A stretch of 64,000 nt of DNA from Lama glama (taxonomy: Eukaryota): assembly GCA_028534125.1 (NCBI GenBank), contig CM052817.1, positions 65,102,001-65,166,000 on the forward strand, written 5' to 3'. Under the pieces are notes generated by a model that saw only the letters and a list, made by a program, of their open reading frames with translations, was not told where the DNA came from and did no database searches. Positions 27,000 to 40,263 of this stretch are shown piece after piece. The position numbers were made by a program, and so were the translations under genes. Numbering within the stretch: the stretch's first letter is position 1; every line of letters begins with the position of its first letter.

Positions 27000-27245
27000 G
27001 TATGGTATAACAAGTAAATATGTGAACTCCCAGTTTTAACTCCAGCCTTTGCTATGTACAAGCTGTGTGTCCTCAGGCAAGTTATGTAACCTCTCTGAGC
27101 TTCAATGTCATCCCTTTATAAAACTGAGCTGATGGTAATAGTTGATACCATAATGACTTTCTGTGGAGATTGAATGAAATTAGGCATGGAAGATTTTTAG
27201 AATGATTCTTAGCATGACATAAATACTCAAGCATTACTACTGTTA
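27000..27245 (+). mobile_element. MIR SINE remnant
   Basis: agctgtgtgtcctcaggcaagttatgtaacctctctgagcttcaatgtcatccctttataaaact is the MIR core. Confidence 0.7.
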
Positions 27246-28170
27246 TTTAATGAAGCCTTTTTATGGTAATTCATCCCATCATATTATATGCTAGAGCTAT
27301 ATATTCTTTGGAATATCATGAAGAGTTGGTTTAGGACAATTGGATTTGCGTTTATCAAATATTTGTGATGTCTTTTTCAAATTTTAAACCAGTTCCATAG
27401 TGAATTCATATGAAAGATGGAATCAAGTACTCCAGAAAACAGTGACGTGACTTGACTTGGATGTTGTAGCAACCTTCTCCTGCCCTAGCTAACTGGTCTG
27501 CTTCTCAGACCTCAGTGTAGTTTTCCCTGTGAGACTGGAAATCGAATATTAAAGCCCCTTCACATGTGAATGAATGTGGGTTTACTGGCACCATTTTATA
27601 ATGAGTTCAAGTCTATTTGTAGAGCAGATAGCAAAAAAGAAGAGATAGATCTTCATTATTCCTATAACCCCACCCGTTTCCCCAGAAAGTCACTTCCCAT
27701 AGGCAGGAGGAGACAGAGGAACCCACCATGCATATGCCAACTGGAAAGCTTGGTTTCTGAACCTGAGGGCTATAATAAAACATGGATGGGGATGATCTTA
27801 TTTTAATTTAATTCATAATTAACAAATATGTCTTGAGTGTCAACTATGAGCTGTGCATTGTTGACCACTGATAATACAGTGATGAAACAGGTGTGATCCT
27901 TGCCTTCAAGTATCTTACAGTCTAGCTGGGAAACCTGATGAGCAAGCTCTAGCTTTAGTGCATAAAAGGAATACTCTAAACAAAAGTTTCCCTTCTAGCG
28001 TGTGCCCTGCACTACACTCTGTTTTAGGTATCAAACCAACGCTTGAGGCTTGAGACCGTCCTTCCTCTTTTTCTGAATTCCTGCTGAAATACAAGACAAG
28101 GAGCCCTTCAGTGCGCTCTCATAGTATTACACACGGAGTAGGAGTCCTGTGAGTTACAGTTCAGCCAAAG

Positions 28171-28862
28171 CTAATGGAAATGCCTGCCTTGGTCCTGCTC
28201 TGATCACCTCAAAAATTTACCCTCCCCCCCACCCCCCACCCCCGCCCCCAGCATTTCTGATACCAGGTTTCAGGTCAAAGGCAGGAAACAACAGCCCCTT
28301 CATGTAGTTCAGAAACTGAAGTGAAACTTACAGTCAGGGTTCCAACCTGTGGTTGAACATCTTTCTCTCTTCTTCCTCTTCCAGCCCCTGCCTCCTGTTG
28401 CCTTTTATCTGAATCTTCCCACCAAGTCCTGGAGTTAATTTGGTCTGAGTAGCACTAACCCAGCTTTCCTGTCTTACGGAGCCAACGCACTGTCTTGAAA
28501 CTTCAGTGGAACTTATAATGACTCTGTGATGGCTACAGCAGATAAATTTCCTTTGATTGCAAATGATAGAAACGAATTCTGGCTAGCTGAATTAAAAAAA
28601 AATTGGAGTACAGGGAGAGAAGTGGGGTTTTTTGGAAGGATATTTATATTCCCGCTCAGAATTTAAGGGCAAGACAAACAAGAGACAGTAAGGAATCAGC
28701 CCAGCGATCGTGGCAGCTCTGAAGCTCTCAGCAAATTGAAACGCCTGCCTTTGTCCTCCTCTGATCATCTCAAAAATGTACCTCCACTGAGCGTTTATGA
28801 AACCAGCTTTCATGTCAAAGGCAGGAAGCAACAGTCTCCTTCATGAACTCAGACACTGAAGT
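28171..28862 (+). repeat. Diverged direct duplication (copy 1 ~28171-28322, copy 2 ~28732-28862)
   Basis: Aligned by eye: gaaa(t/c)gcctgcctt..gtcct..tctgatca(c/t)ctcaaaaat..accag(g/c)tttca(g/t)gtcaaaggcaggaa(a/g)caacag..ccttcatg..tcaga(a/c)actgaagt. Confidence 0.9.
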
Positions 28863-29713
28863 TAGTGGACCTTCTCTCCAGAGAAGTAGCTGAGCAGATC
28901 TCTGAATCAGCCCAGTGAGAGTGTCCAGGCTAGGCGTATGTGGGGGAGGGCCAGGGTCTGGGGGGGGGTCTGCCTCTGTGTGAGGGGATGGGACGGTCTC
29001 TACAAAAGGGGAGATCATTGTAAGCCTGGCAGCCATGCCCTGAAGTCCATGTACTGGCCCTTCCTTGGGCAGAATGGTGGGCTAAGGAGACCTGTCTCTC
29101 AGGGAGCCAGATTTTTATCAGCAGAAGTTATCATTTTATAAGTAGTTCATCATTTTCTTCATTCCTCCATTCAATCTAGCTTCAGTCATGGTCTTGCTAG
29201 TTAAACTCAATCTATAGTCAATTCTGCTTTCCTGGTTGACTCAGTATTATTTACCTTAGTCTATCTATTTGTTGGTTAAACTATAGAAGAGGTTTTCAGA
29301 ATAGAATTAGGGCTCCCCCAGTGGAGATTGGGAGAGCCCAACTTGAAGCTTCTGTCCTATCCTGTCCTTGCCCCAGGCTGGGATGACTGTGGACCTGGGA
29401 GGCTGGTTCATCTCAGGCTCTTAACTGCCTTAAACCTGAATTACTGTAACATTCATTCATTCATTCATCCATCAAGCCTTCACTACGTCAGAAACTCTAT
29501 CAGGAAGTAAGGATACAGAGATAAATCTGGCACCAGACCTGGTCTGAAGAGACTCATGGGGGCTTGGAAATGCACGTGTTAGAAAGGTAACAGCTTTATA
29601 AGATCAAGTGGTTACAGCACTGCGGGCTCAGGCAGTAGCCCTGGCCCAGAGGTCCTTACACTGCGCCACAACTGGCCCCTCTGGCTATGCTCACCTCCCA
29701 GAAACTGACACCA

Positions 29714-30140
29714 TGGGAAGCAGGATGATGGCCTCCCCAGCCCCCAAATGGTGCCCACAGCTTTCCCCAGAAATAAGAATGTTATGTTACATGGCAAGAG
29801 GGAATTAAGTTTGCAGATAGAATTAAAACACTAATTAGCTGACTTTAAGAAGTGGAGTTTAGCCTGGCTTGTCCAGGTGTACCCATTGTAATCACAAGTG
29901 AAGGACGGAGACAGAAGAGGGGGAACTGGAGAGACAGAGGCATGAGAAGGACTTGACCTGCAGTTGCTAGCTTTGACCCCTGGAGCCTCCAGAAGGAACC
30001 AGCCCTGCCAACACCTTCACTTTACATTCACTTTAGATTTCAGGCTTCTGACTGCCAGCACTGCAAGATAATAAATGTGAGTTATTTTAAGTCACTGCAC
30101 TCGTGACGATTTGTCACAGCAGCAATAGGAAGCTAGCGCA
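29714..30140 (+). mobile_element. ERVL-MaLR solo LTR (MLT1D/E-like)
   Basis: atgttatgttacatggcaagaggggaattaagtttgcagatagaattaa...ctggagcctccagaaggaac.cagccctgccaacacct...atttgtcacagcagcaataggaagctagcgca. Confidence 0.85.
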
Positions 30141-32484
30141 GGTGGGCATATACCCAGGATATGCCTGGTTCTATGCAAAAAGACAGAGGACTGACTGGGT
30201 GTATCTTTTCAGAACATCACTTGAAATAGGATGACAATTTAGCATTGACTTTGAAGATGAAGCACAAGATTTCACATTTTTTCTAATTTGTGAGCTGCTT
30301 TGAGCCCTGGCTCCAGGCTCCCTCTTCTCCACTGTCAGATGGGAGTGTTGGAGAGGCCTCAGTTTGTCCCAGCGCTGTGGTCAGTGACTACTAGACTACT
30401 GCCATGCCTACCCTGACACAGCGTTACAAATAAGTCTTGTTTAATTTCACATTTCAAAATCCACATTCCCAAAGATGGCAATCATTGGGATTTCACTTAA
30501 GGATTTAAAAATACTCATATCAAGGCACGATAACATCTAACATTTTTATAATCCTTCCACAAACACTTTATTAGTTTTAGCACTAAACTGCTTCATGAAG
30601 AAAGGGTAATCAATCTCACTTGTCAGAGGAGGAAACAGAAGCTTAGAAGAGAATGTCCGAAGTCAGCAGGTGCTGAGTGGCCGTGATGGCTCTTTCCACG
30701 ATGCCACGGTGACCGCCAGGAGGTGTTTCTCCGGGGTCGGTCACTCAGAAGCCACCCCCAAGTTCATCAAACCCCTGCCATGTCGCAGCTGTGCCCTTGC
30801 AGCCCCTGAGCCTGCACAGCGGCTGCTCCTGATTTAGGTGCTGCTGCTTTTTCATTATGACTGTAAAACGGTAACCGGCCCCTTGTCTTGCTATGACTGG
30901 ATCTGCTCTCGTGAAAGGATCGCACTGCCAGGAGAGAGCACAGACAATGCGTGAGAGCGAGACTGGGGCTTCTGATAACGGCAAAGCCATTTTTCATTGT
31001 GATCCCAAAGCTCCTGCGGTGAACTGGGTGCAGAGAGAGGAGGAGGCGGCCACTGTTTTCCGGGGGGCCGAGATCAGAGCCCCTCTTTTGGCCGTTTTCA
31101 ATGCTCCTTTCACTTTGCCGCAGGGCACTACCTGGGCCCAGGTATCAGTACGTTGTGCGTGCTCAAGCCTCAGAGAAAGGTTTTGCTTTGTTCATAGGTT
31201 TCTCATTATTATTAAGGTCTTTTATTTATTTTTTTTTACTCAGAGGTTTCTTTTCTTTCCTCCTTGTCCCTCTCTTACTCCAGCCTAAGGTTCATACTTT
31301 CTATGATCTCTTCCTCCCCTTGTCGAAGAAGCCTTCCTTGACCCTGTATAAAATACCACCCTCTCCCGACCCGGCTCTTTTCACTCTGTTCCTTTACCTT
31401 GCTCTGTTAGGGTTTTCGTGACAATTCTCTCACATAACTTTTTTTTTCAAAAATGTTTCTGTCTCCCCCGTCTCCTTTGTCTGCTGCTGTGTCCCCAGTG
31501 CCTAGACAAGGGCCCAGCACCTAGCGGAGCTCAGTAAATATTTGTTGAATGAACTACTGAATTCTTTACATCTCCCCTAGTGTATGGCACAATCCCCAGC
31601 CTGCCATAGAAAAGATCCTAGTGAAATAAAAATGCAAGAAGCCATAGCAAGGGGGAGAAAACCCTTAACTCACTTTTTTGTAGCCAGTTTCTAGTTTATG
31701 ACTTGGAGGAAGTGTCGGGCGAAGGGACGGATGCAGAAGGGGGAAATGTCAGAGCGTTGAGTCAGAGGCACTTTCAGTCCTCCGAATGATGCATCCAAGT
31801 CCCCAGCACCTGGCCCCTGCCCGCTTCCCCCCACCTCCGGCCTCCAGCTGGAAGTGAAGGTAATGACGTGGGAGCCACAGTCTGTTCACGTCCAAAGAAA
31901 AGCAAAGGCTTCATTTCCTTCAGCTGTTAACTGGTTGGCAGGAGACAGCACGGCAAATGCTATGAGCTCCTATTTTTGAGGTCCACTGATTTGTTACGAG
32001 TTGTTCTGAAACTAGTAAGAAACGGGGCAGTGGAATGAATCCTCCTATACCCAGCGTATTTGCTTAGTTTTGTTTTCATGGCTTTTGTAAAACCTCCCTG
32101 GAAAATCTCATTATTGCTTAAGGTCTGGAATGGTGTCACCTCCCCTAGGGCAGCGTTTCTGAAACCTTCGATAGAAGGGCTTGTAAGGGCCTCCAGGTGC
32201 CCAGCATGCTTGGTTCACGTGGCTGTTGCTGGTCTCATCACCAGGATCCCTTAAGTGACTATTCATGGCCAGCTCTGTCTGAGTACTAGGAGGCCAGACA
32301 CCATCCCATGCTTTTATCTCTAGCATCCTGCTTAAGTGCCTGGCACATAATTTGTACTTGATAAATGTTGAGAAAATGACTAAGTAAATTCATGAAAAAC
32401 AAAAGACTTCACAATCTAGCCACAGTTATCCAGTTGTTAGCATTTGGACCTTCTATTTGATTATGCTTTTTCATTTTCATTCAG

Positions 32485-32615
32485 GCACTCTGATCGTCCT
32501 GAAGCATCCGTATCCAAGAAAAGTGGAAGAACCTTCCATTTATGAGTCTGTCCGGGTTCACACAGCCATGCAGACAGGAAGAACAGAAAACGACCTGGTG
32601 CCCACTGCGCCTTCG
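32485..32615 (+). CDS. DAPP1: DAPP1 coding exon 4 (linker, includes the Src-family phosphosite Tyr139 motif EEPSIYESV)
   Basis: ttcag|GC ACT CTG...CCT TCG|gtaagt; 131 bp; TLIVLKHPYPRKVEEPSIYESVRVHTAMQTGRTENDLVPTAPS. Confidence 0.98.
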
Positions 32616-35004
32616 GTAAGTGGCCGTCCCTCTGCCCACAGTGCTCTCACTGTCTAAAAGTGATAACGTGCAATAAGAGGGTTACACACTTTTTAAAGTG
32701 CGTTTGTTCACATAAAAATGCTAACTTGGGATATAAAACCTGGAAAGGAACACAAAGTTCAAAGGAACACAAAGTTGAGACTCAGATCACCTGGTCCAGG
32801 GTAAACTGTAAAAGTTGCAATGCAGTAAGATTTTTAAAGACTTCAAAAATGGCACTTAAATACCAACCCTTACTTAACCAAATAAGTTCATGGTAGAAGG
32901 AGCAAGAGATGTTTATGCTCACACAGTTAGCTAAGCTGTTATTCTACAAGTTTCTCAAATTAAGAGAAAAAATTGTTTCTTTTACATTTCAACTTTCTAT
33001 GGAAGAAAAAGATTCCCCATCTTGACTATAAACTCTCGGGATGTTATTTTTTTCCAGGGCTTTTTATTTTTACCTTCACTGAATGAAGGGAACAGACAGA
33101 AGACACTTGCACATCTTTGCAATGTGTGCGCGACTGCTCAGTTTCAGGACGCCTGGAACCTTCCTGGTTCTCCTCAGAGTCCATTTATTTTTGTTCTGTG
33201 GGCTGCGACCCGGCAAAGTGTCCTTTCCACGCTCTCTTCCCTTCATTATGCCCAGGGCTCCTCTGTTCTTTTTCTCCGCATACTCCGGTGTGAGACATCT
33301 GGAAGTGTGCAGATGATAAAGAGAGCAACGCCCAAGTGACGTTTCAAGAACTAGTTCTAGATCTGCAAATTGTATTAAAATACGCATGACCTTTTGTCTC
33401 TGCGGCACTTCTACCCTGCCACTAGAGACATCTCTCCTAAAAGGCAGATTTCCCACGTGACCTCGCCGCTTAACATCCTTCAGCCGCCGCCCTGGACCCT
33501 GTGCCTCTCCCGCCTCACCTCACGCTCCTCCCACACTCACGCTGGGGAACGGAGTCTCTCGCCAGCTGTGCTCATCCCCGCATCTGAAATGCAGCCAACA
33601 CCACTACTGTGCCCTTATCCTTCCAGACTTGAGGCAGGGATCAGTATCTTCCGGGAAGCCTTCCTGGACCCCTCCAACTCCCCCTAAAATGCCCCTCCGC
33701 TGGGCTCCGAGCATCCTCTGCTCACCTGTATCCTGGAATCATCACGCTGGAGGCTGGCTCCCCGAGCGTGTCTACCCTCCCCAGGCGCCTGACTCTTCTC
33801 CAGATGGGAATCATAGCCACGTTCCTAGCTTTATAGTGCAGCCAGGTTCAGGGCACATATTACATTGTTACTACGCTGCGTCTACTCAAAAATTAAAACC
33901 CTGGAAATTGGTTGAGAAAGATATTTTAGCTTTGTTAGAGTTAGAAGAGGAAGCATTAGATCTCAGAACTGGAGAAATTTAAGAAAGCAAGACAATAGTT
34001 CCAAGTCAGAACAGACCAAAGAACAAATCCTCTACCTTCTAACCAATCCTTTGTTTTCCAGGAGACCATATTCTTTCTGCCTAACCTACCTCTTTACCAT
34101 CCTTTCCCTGCCGCCAATCACTCCAACATCTTTCTCATTTGTACTCTCAGTTTAATTTTACATTCTTCTGTTACCTTCCTATAAAGATCTCCACTCAAGG
34201 TTAACTGAACTATACCCTACTACTTGTGACCTTTATGAACAGTAAAATGCAGATAAAACCTAATTTGTGGAGTTGGTGTGAGCATGACACATAGCATACT
34301 TAGGTAGAAAGAGACCTCTGGAGACCAAATTCTGCCAGCCTTATTGCTTTCCTTCTTTGCTCACTCCAAGTATCAGATAAATTCATCCACCCAAGTATCC
34401 AAATATGGCCACACACAGAAGGTTCTGTATAATGGAGTTTTTAAAACAGTGGTGAGTGAATGGTTGAAAACGTCTACATTCACACTGTCTAATGAGAGGT
34501 CCATGACATTTATTGTTCACTGACATAGACAGAAAACTAAAGGTTTCTTAGTGGATTCTCAAGGGTCTCACACTATCTCCCACTAAGGAATGACTGATAA
34601 CTGGACCAGCCAGCTGGGGAAGCAGTTCTGATCCACTCAGATGCTCTAGTCCCTTACTGAGCACAAGCATTCACAGCCCTAACTGGTTACTCCCAATGCC
34701 TATATGATGCTGAGCCTCCACCGTAACTTGAGAGCTCTGGGGCTTCTAGACACCTGCTTCCTCTTTGGGGAATGCAGTTCTTGCACAAGCTCTGGCAGTA
34801 GAGGAAGAGAAGTAAGTCCTATTTACAGGAAAAAGAACCTCTTGCTTGAAGTAAAAATGAAAATCGGTGTCCTACTGCCCCAGATGTAGATGCTTCTGTA
34901 AAACTGTCTGCCATCCGTTGGCAACTGCATTTGGGGAAATTACTATTTATGCATTTTATAAACAACATAGGATTGGGCTCCTGAGATAGGATGAAATTTA
35001 GCTA

Positions 35005-35460
35005 ATCCATTTATTTAACAAAAAGAATTTTATTTAAAGTGCCTACAATGCCCCCAGGACTGTTTTAAGCATTAAGGGTTTGGGAGGAAACTAGTCAAAG
35101 GCTCCGCCCTCAATGGGCTCACGCTGTAGCCGAAGGATCACAGACAGTAATTGATGGAATCAGGCAAACACAGATAGGAATAGGTCATAAAAAGAAAAAG
35201 CTGGAGAAGGGAAGGCCTCTCAGAGGAGGTGACATTAGACCAGAGGCTTCACTGAAGGGAAGGAACGACTCCTGTCAGGATGTGGAAAAGTGTTGCAGGC
35301 AGAGAGAACAGGACAAAAGCCCCAAAGTGGGAACTAAATTGAGGCAGTTTAAGGACTAGGAAGAAGATTGTCTGGCAGGGAGTGAGCAAGAAGGAACGTG
35401 GTGGGAGGTGAGAGTATTGAGGTAATGAGGGGTCAGATCCTGTAGCCAGTGGAGTTCTCA
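35005..35460 (+). mobile_element. L2 LINE remnant
   Basis: tttatttaaagtgcctacaatgccccc...gggaaggcctctcagaggaggtgacattaga...aggcagagagaacaggacaaaagcccc is the typical L2 3' region. Confidence 0.6.
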
Positions 35461-36149
35461 AAGGGCAGGGGTGCCCAGCTGAGCGTTCGGAAATTTCTGG
35501 GTGTCACAGTTATCACAATGCTTTGGGGACACTGCTGGCATTAGTGGGCATCCAGGACTGTGAAGAGTCTGAGACTTAACCCTCCTTTGCCAGCTAACCA
35601 GTCAGCCTGCCGCGCTCTCCTGGGTGCCGAGAGACGTGCGTGGCTTCTGCTTCTCTGCCTTTTTCTCTGGAGGGAGCACTATTTCTGTCTTTTAAGGCTG
35701 TTGGCTAGACAAACACACTTTGCTGTGGACCCAAGGGGTGTTGGTGCCTTGCTCATAATACGTGGAGAAACACGAGAGACCCCAATGGGCAGGGATCACG
35801 GAGGCTCAACATGGAATGAGAATCATCCAAATCACCAATTGTACTTTCCTTACACAACATGAAAGGTCTTGTAGGAAAAGACAGAGGATCTATTTTTGTT
35901 CCCCATGTTGATAAAAAAGCATAAGAGTTTTGAGTAACATAATTTGTTTCTAAATTTTTAAAAAGATCATTTTTGCTACTCAGTTGAAAATGGAGTGAGA
36001 GCAAAATTGAAGGCAAGGAGACAAGTCAGGAGGCTGTGCCAGCCGTCCAGGTGGGAGACCGGGGTAGCTGACACTGGAGAGAGGGGATGAGAATGGGGAG
36101 TTAGAACAGGGGGAAGGCAGAACTGTTAACCTCAGGATGTGCCTGTGTG

Positions 36150-36365
36150 TGTATTATTGAAGTATAGTCAATTTACAACGTTGTGTTATTTTCTGGTGTA
36201 TAGCATAATGACTCAGTTGTATGTATATATATTCCCTTTCATATTCTTTTCCATTATGGTTTATTGCAGGATGGATTAGTGCTATACAGTAGGACCTTGT
36301 TGTTTATCTGTTTTATATAGTAGTTTGTACCTGCTAATCCCAAACTCTCAATTTATCTTTCCCTA
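36150..36365 (-). mobile_element. L1 3'-end fragment
   Basis: attgaagtatagtcaatttacaacgttgtgttattttctggtgtatagc...gtgctatacagtaggaccttgttgtttatctg. Confidence 0.85.
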
Positions 36366-36879
36366 TATACATTTTGTTAATTGCACAAAATCATGGTTTG
36401 TTTTTGCCATTTAAACATTATCACACAATCCTATTCTAAAAGACAATGTTCATTAAAAAACAAAAATAAAAACTCACAACCTTAATTACCCAGATTAGTT
36501 GTTTAAAGGTGGGAAAAAAGGGAAGGTAGCCGAGGAGGGGCTTTCTTATAAGCTTTTCAACAAGTGTCATATTTTCTCCTTAATGGGAAGGATTTCAAAA
36601 CAAAGGTGAGACAGCTTACATAGAAAGATGCATAAATAGGAGCTTTATAGAATTGTCATTGATACCATGACAACACTAAGTAGCTTCATTATAGCGCCAT
36701 CTCTCACTCTGCACTGTTAATAGAGTTATAGTACTCTTGTTTATTTAATTATGTATTGTGAGCATCGTCCACGTCATTACATAGGCTTCTAAAACATCAT
36801 TAAAACAAGTTCTTTAATATTTCATTATTTGGATATATCATAATTTATGTAGTTAATTCTCCATTATGTTTTTACATGC

Positions 36880-38600
36880 TATTTTTAAAATTTTCAATAA
36901 TTTCAAAAGTACAGAAAACTTGAAAGAGTAGTACAAAGAACTGTCTTTGTTCCTGAACCATTAGACAGTAAACTGCCTGCATCGTGCCAACACCCCAGCG
37001 CTTCAGTGCGTAATCCCTACGCACAAGTGCCTCCGCCTGTGGGACCGCACGGAGCCGTTCTAACTGGGAAATTAACATTGATACAGCGCCGCGGGCCCAG
37101 CCACAGGTCTCATTTAGGCATCACCAGTGTCCCCAGTAAAGCCCTTTAGAGCGAAAGGATCCAGTCCAAAGTCACAAGTTGCATTTATTCATCAAGCCCC
37201 TTGAGTATTCTTCACTCTGGGATGCTTCCTCAGTTTTTCCTTGATGTCGTGACTTTGATACTTCCGACAGTTAAAGGCCAGTTATTTTGTGAACTGTTCC
37301 TTAACTGTAGTCTATCAGATGTAGCCTCGTGATTAGATTCAGGTTTTGCATTTTTGATAGAAATACCACAAAAGTGACGCTTTGCCCGTCTCACTGCATC
37401 CTCTCGGGTGGAACACAATTTCGGTTTGTCTCATCCCTGTGTGTTTGACCACTTGATTAATCGGTGTCCGTCAGGTTTCTTCCCTCTAAAGTCACCTTAC
37501 TCCCTTTGTCATTAATAAATATTTGGGGGGGGGAGATTATTAGAGGCTAACTATTCTGTTCCACATTAGCCTTTCACGCACCAGTTTTAACATACATTGA
37601 TGTTTCTTGGCGGCTTTAATTATTTCTGTGACTGTTGCCAAGTGGTGATTCTGTGATTCTATTACTCCTTTTACATTTATTGGTTGTCATTCTGCTGTAA
37701 GGAGAAGCTTTCTATTCTTCCAGTTTGTCCAGTCGTTTGTTTTTATATCAGCGGGCTACAATCATGACTACCATCATTTGTCTGGACTTGGGAAGTTTCC
37801 CCAGTTTCGGCCACTGAGCCCTATTTCCATGTGACCTTTGTGTCCATACAGCCTCATAAGTCGTTGAGAATGTTCTCACTTCCTGGTATAGCAGAATGGC
37901 CCAGGCTTACCTTGCACTTTTATCCAGCTCTACAATCAGTTATTTCTCGAAGACATTGATTTTTTTTCTCGAGAACAGTACTTTAGAAATCCAGGTTTGG
38001 GTGCTACATATGCATTGTTAGCAGGTTGTCACTCTCCCAGGCCACTCTGAGGACAGAGCTGGGAAAATGTGTACGCTTATACATATGTACACATACTTAT
38101 ATTGATGTCTATATTTCTTTCTATTTCTATCATCTTCTATCCATGGGTTCACACCCATACCTCCAATCCTAGTCCCGTTCCACAAGGCTCGTTTTAATTT
38201 CTTCACTTTTCGTAGTTATAACTCCCTTTCCCCACAGTGAGGAATGGATCTCATTATCTTCAACATTCGCTTATCGGTTGATCAATCCAATGTAATCAAT
38301 CTCCGATTGACAGGGACGCCACTGCCCGGCCACAGCCACTCCCTCCCCCGCCGCAGATGCCCACCCAGTCCGACCCGGCTCTGAAACTGGACACCCCCCC
38401 GCCTCTCTCTGAGCAGAGGCTCTCCTCACCCTGCCGGGCTTCCATGCCTCGCGCCAAGATGCTGCCCCTACCGTCGTCCCCACAGATGCCCTCTGTCCCC
38501 AGCTAGGACTCCACCCTGAGCTCAGGTGCACCAACGCCCTGCACACACCCACACCGATGCCTGCCTTGCTCCATCCCACCTGACAGCTTTTGACTAAATT
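36880..38600 (-). mobile_element. Old L1 (L1MC-like) 3' region
   Basis: aataatttcaaaagtacagaaaacttgaaagagtagtacaaagaac...tgattagattcaggttttgcattttt...ggccactctgaggacagagctgggaaaat; subfamily from recall. Confidence 0.65.
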
Positions 38601-40215
38601 TAAGGCCAGCAGGTAGAAAGCATGGTATTCAGGCTAATGCTTTATATTTTAAATATTTAAGTTGTTTCCAATTTGGGACAATTATAAATGGCTTTCTTAT
38701 TACAGATCATTGATTTTTTAAAAAATAAATCTGCTACATAGTCATTTCCTTTCTTACCTCCTGAAACCATGAATAAAATACCAGTTCTCAGCTCTGTCCT
38801 CTGCCACCTTCTGCCTATTAAAACCTTAGAGAGATACTGGATGGAGAGTATATTGTTTAGATGGAGGTAAGATAGACTGAGTAGCATAATCCTTCAGTGC
38901 AGTTTCAGTAAACACTTGTATCAGCTCTTCTACAAAGCCATTTACCCTTCCTTATTTTGCCTCTGCAGACTCAACCGTCCAAGATGTCAAGTTTTTTATG
39001 TTTCCATGATATAATACCCAAACTCAATCCAGTCAGTTCAATGTCTTTTAACGTCAAAATAAATCACACTGATTATTTGATATCCACCAATATTGTTTAA
39101 CATTATTTACATGAACACCTGGGAAGTTCACCCTGACTTCAATGCCGTAAGAAGGGCGTTTTAAAGGAAGTGGTGGTATGTTGTTTCCAGTTTTACGTCT
39201 TTCTACAGTGGTGGTGGTTGTTCCTCTTTTTATTTGGTAGGGAGACTTCATCTCAGGAAAAAAATACCCTGGAAACTCCCATGAAGAGAACATTGACATC
39301 AACTGAGTCATTTCCAAGTTTTTATTCATTTTCTCCTTATAGTGTGAGATATACTGACATCATATTAGAACAAAATATCCTAGAAATTCAGTTTCTTCAG
39401 AAATGTACGAATTTAGAAATTTTTTTCATTTGAGGGTCCTGGTTTTATGCAGATTTCCGTTTATACAGTTTTCCACCGTTCCTTACATTTCTCAGGAGCC
39501 AGCTAAGTGTATAATACTGTTGTTACCCTTGAATTAATGATGAGTAAGTTAAAAGAAGTGATTCATTCTCACTTCAAATCCTTTTTGGATGAATCAATTG
39601 TAAACAAATCTGCATTCCTGGAAGTCTGAAAGTCTGTTCCATGGAATATAGGTCTCAAGAGATCGTCTGTGAAAAAATAGAGGGTTTAAAGGAGAATTAT
39701 ATGATTTTGAAAATGCTATTTCTAATGTTCCTTCTTAAACATTCACAAAGCAGATTAGGCTAACACAGACTCAGGGAAGTACAGAAATCCCTCTTCTTTG
39801 CTTAAATCCAGACTTTCCCATAAACTGAGCCCACGTCAGTGTGAGTGTGTGCACGTTTATGGGCATAATACCCCGGCAACAACCTGAGCAGCTGGGATAA
39901 CATGGCACACTCTGCCCAATGCCGACTTCCACGAGTGGTGTGATCTGGCTGGTTGTTGGCAAACCGCTCACTGGAGTTAGAAGAGTGTCTTTCGCCTGTT
40001 GCCTGTCGCTACAGAATTATGCTTGACAATCCAGTCTAAAAACAGTCTCTCACAGCATAGGGAGGATTTTCAAGTGCCTGGATGAAGAATGAAAGGCGAT
40101 CACTTGAGATCAGAGGCAAACTTGAGTTTCACTTTAAACTAGGACAGAACTGGGAAGGCCTAAATCATGTTGCGATAGACCTGGGCTTCACCTGGATGTT
40201 CCTTTCTTTTTCCAG

Positions 40216-40263
40216 CTGGGCACCAAAGAAGGTTACCTCACCAAACAAGGCGGCCTGGTGAAG
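40216..40263 (+). CDS. DAPP1: DAPP1 coding exon 5 (PH beta1)
   Basis: tccag|CTG GGC...GTG AAG|gtaagg; 48 bp; LGTKEGYLTKQGGLVK. Confidence 0.97.

Noticed and set aside
38310..38585. GC-rich segment with recurring cagatgccc motifs as a CpG island or coding exon
   Set aside because: It is contiguous with the L1MC-like remnant and resembles the internally repetitive part of old L1 3' UTRs; I found no splice-supported frame.
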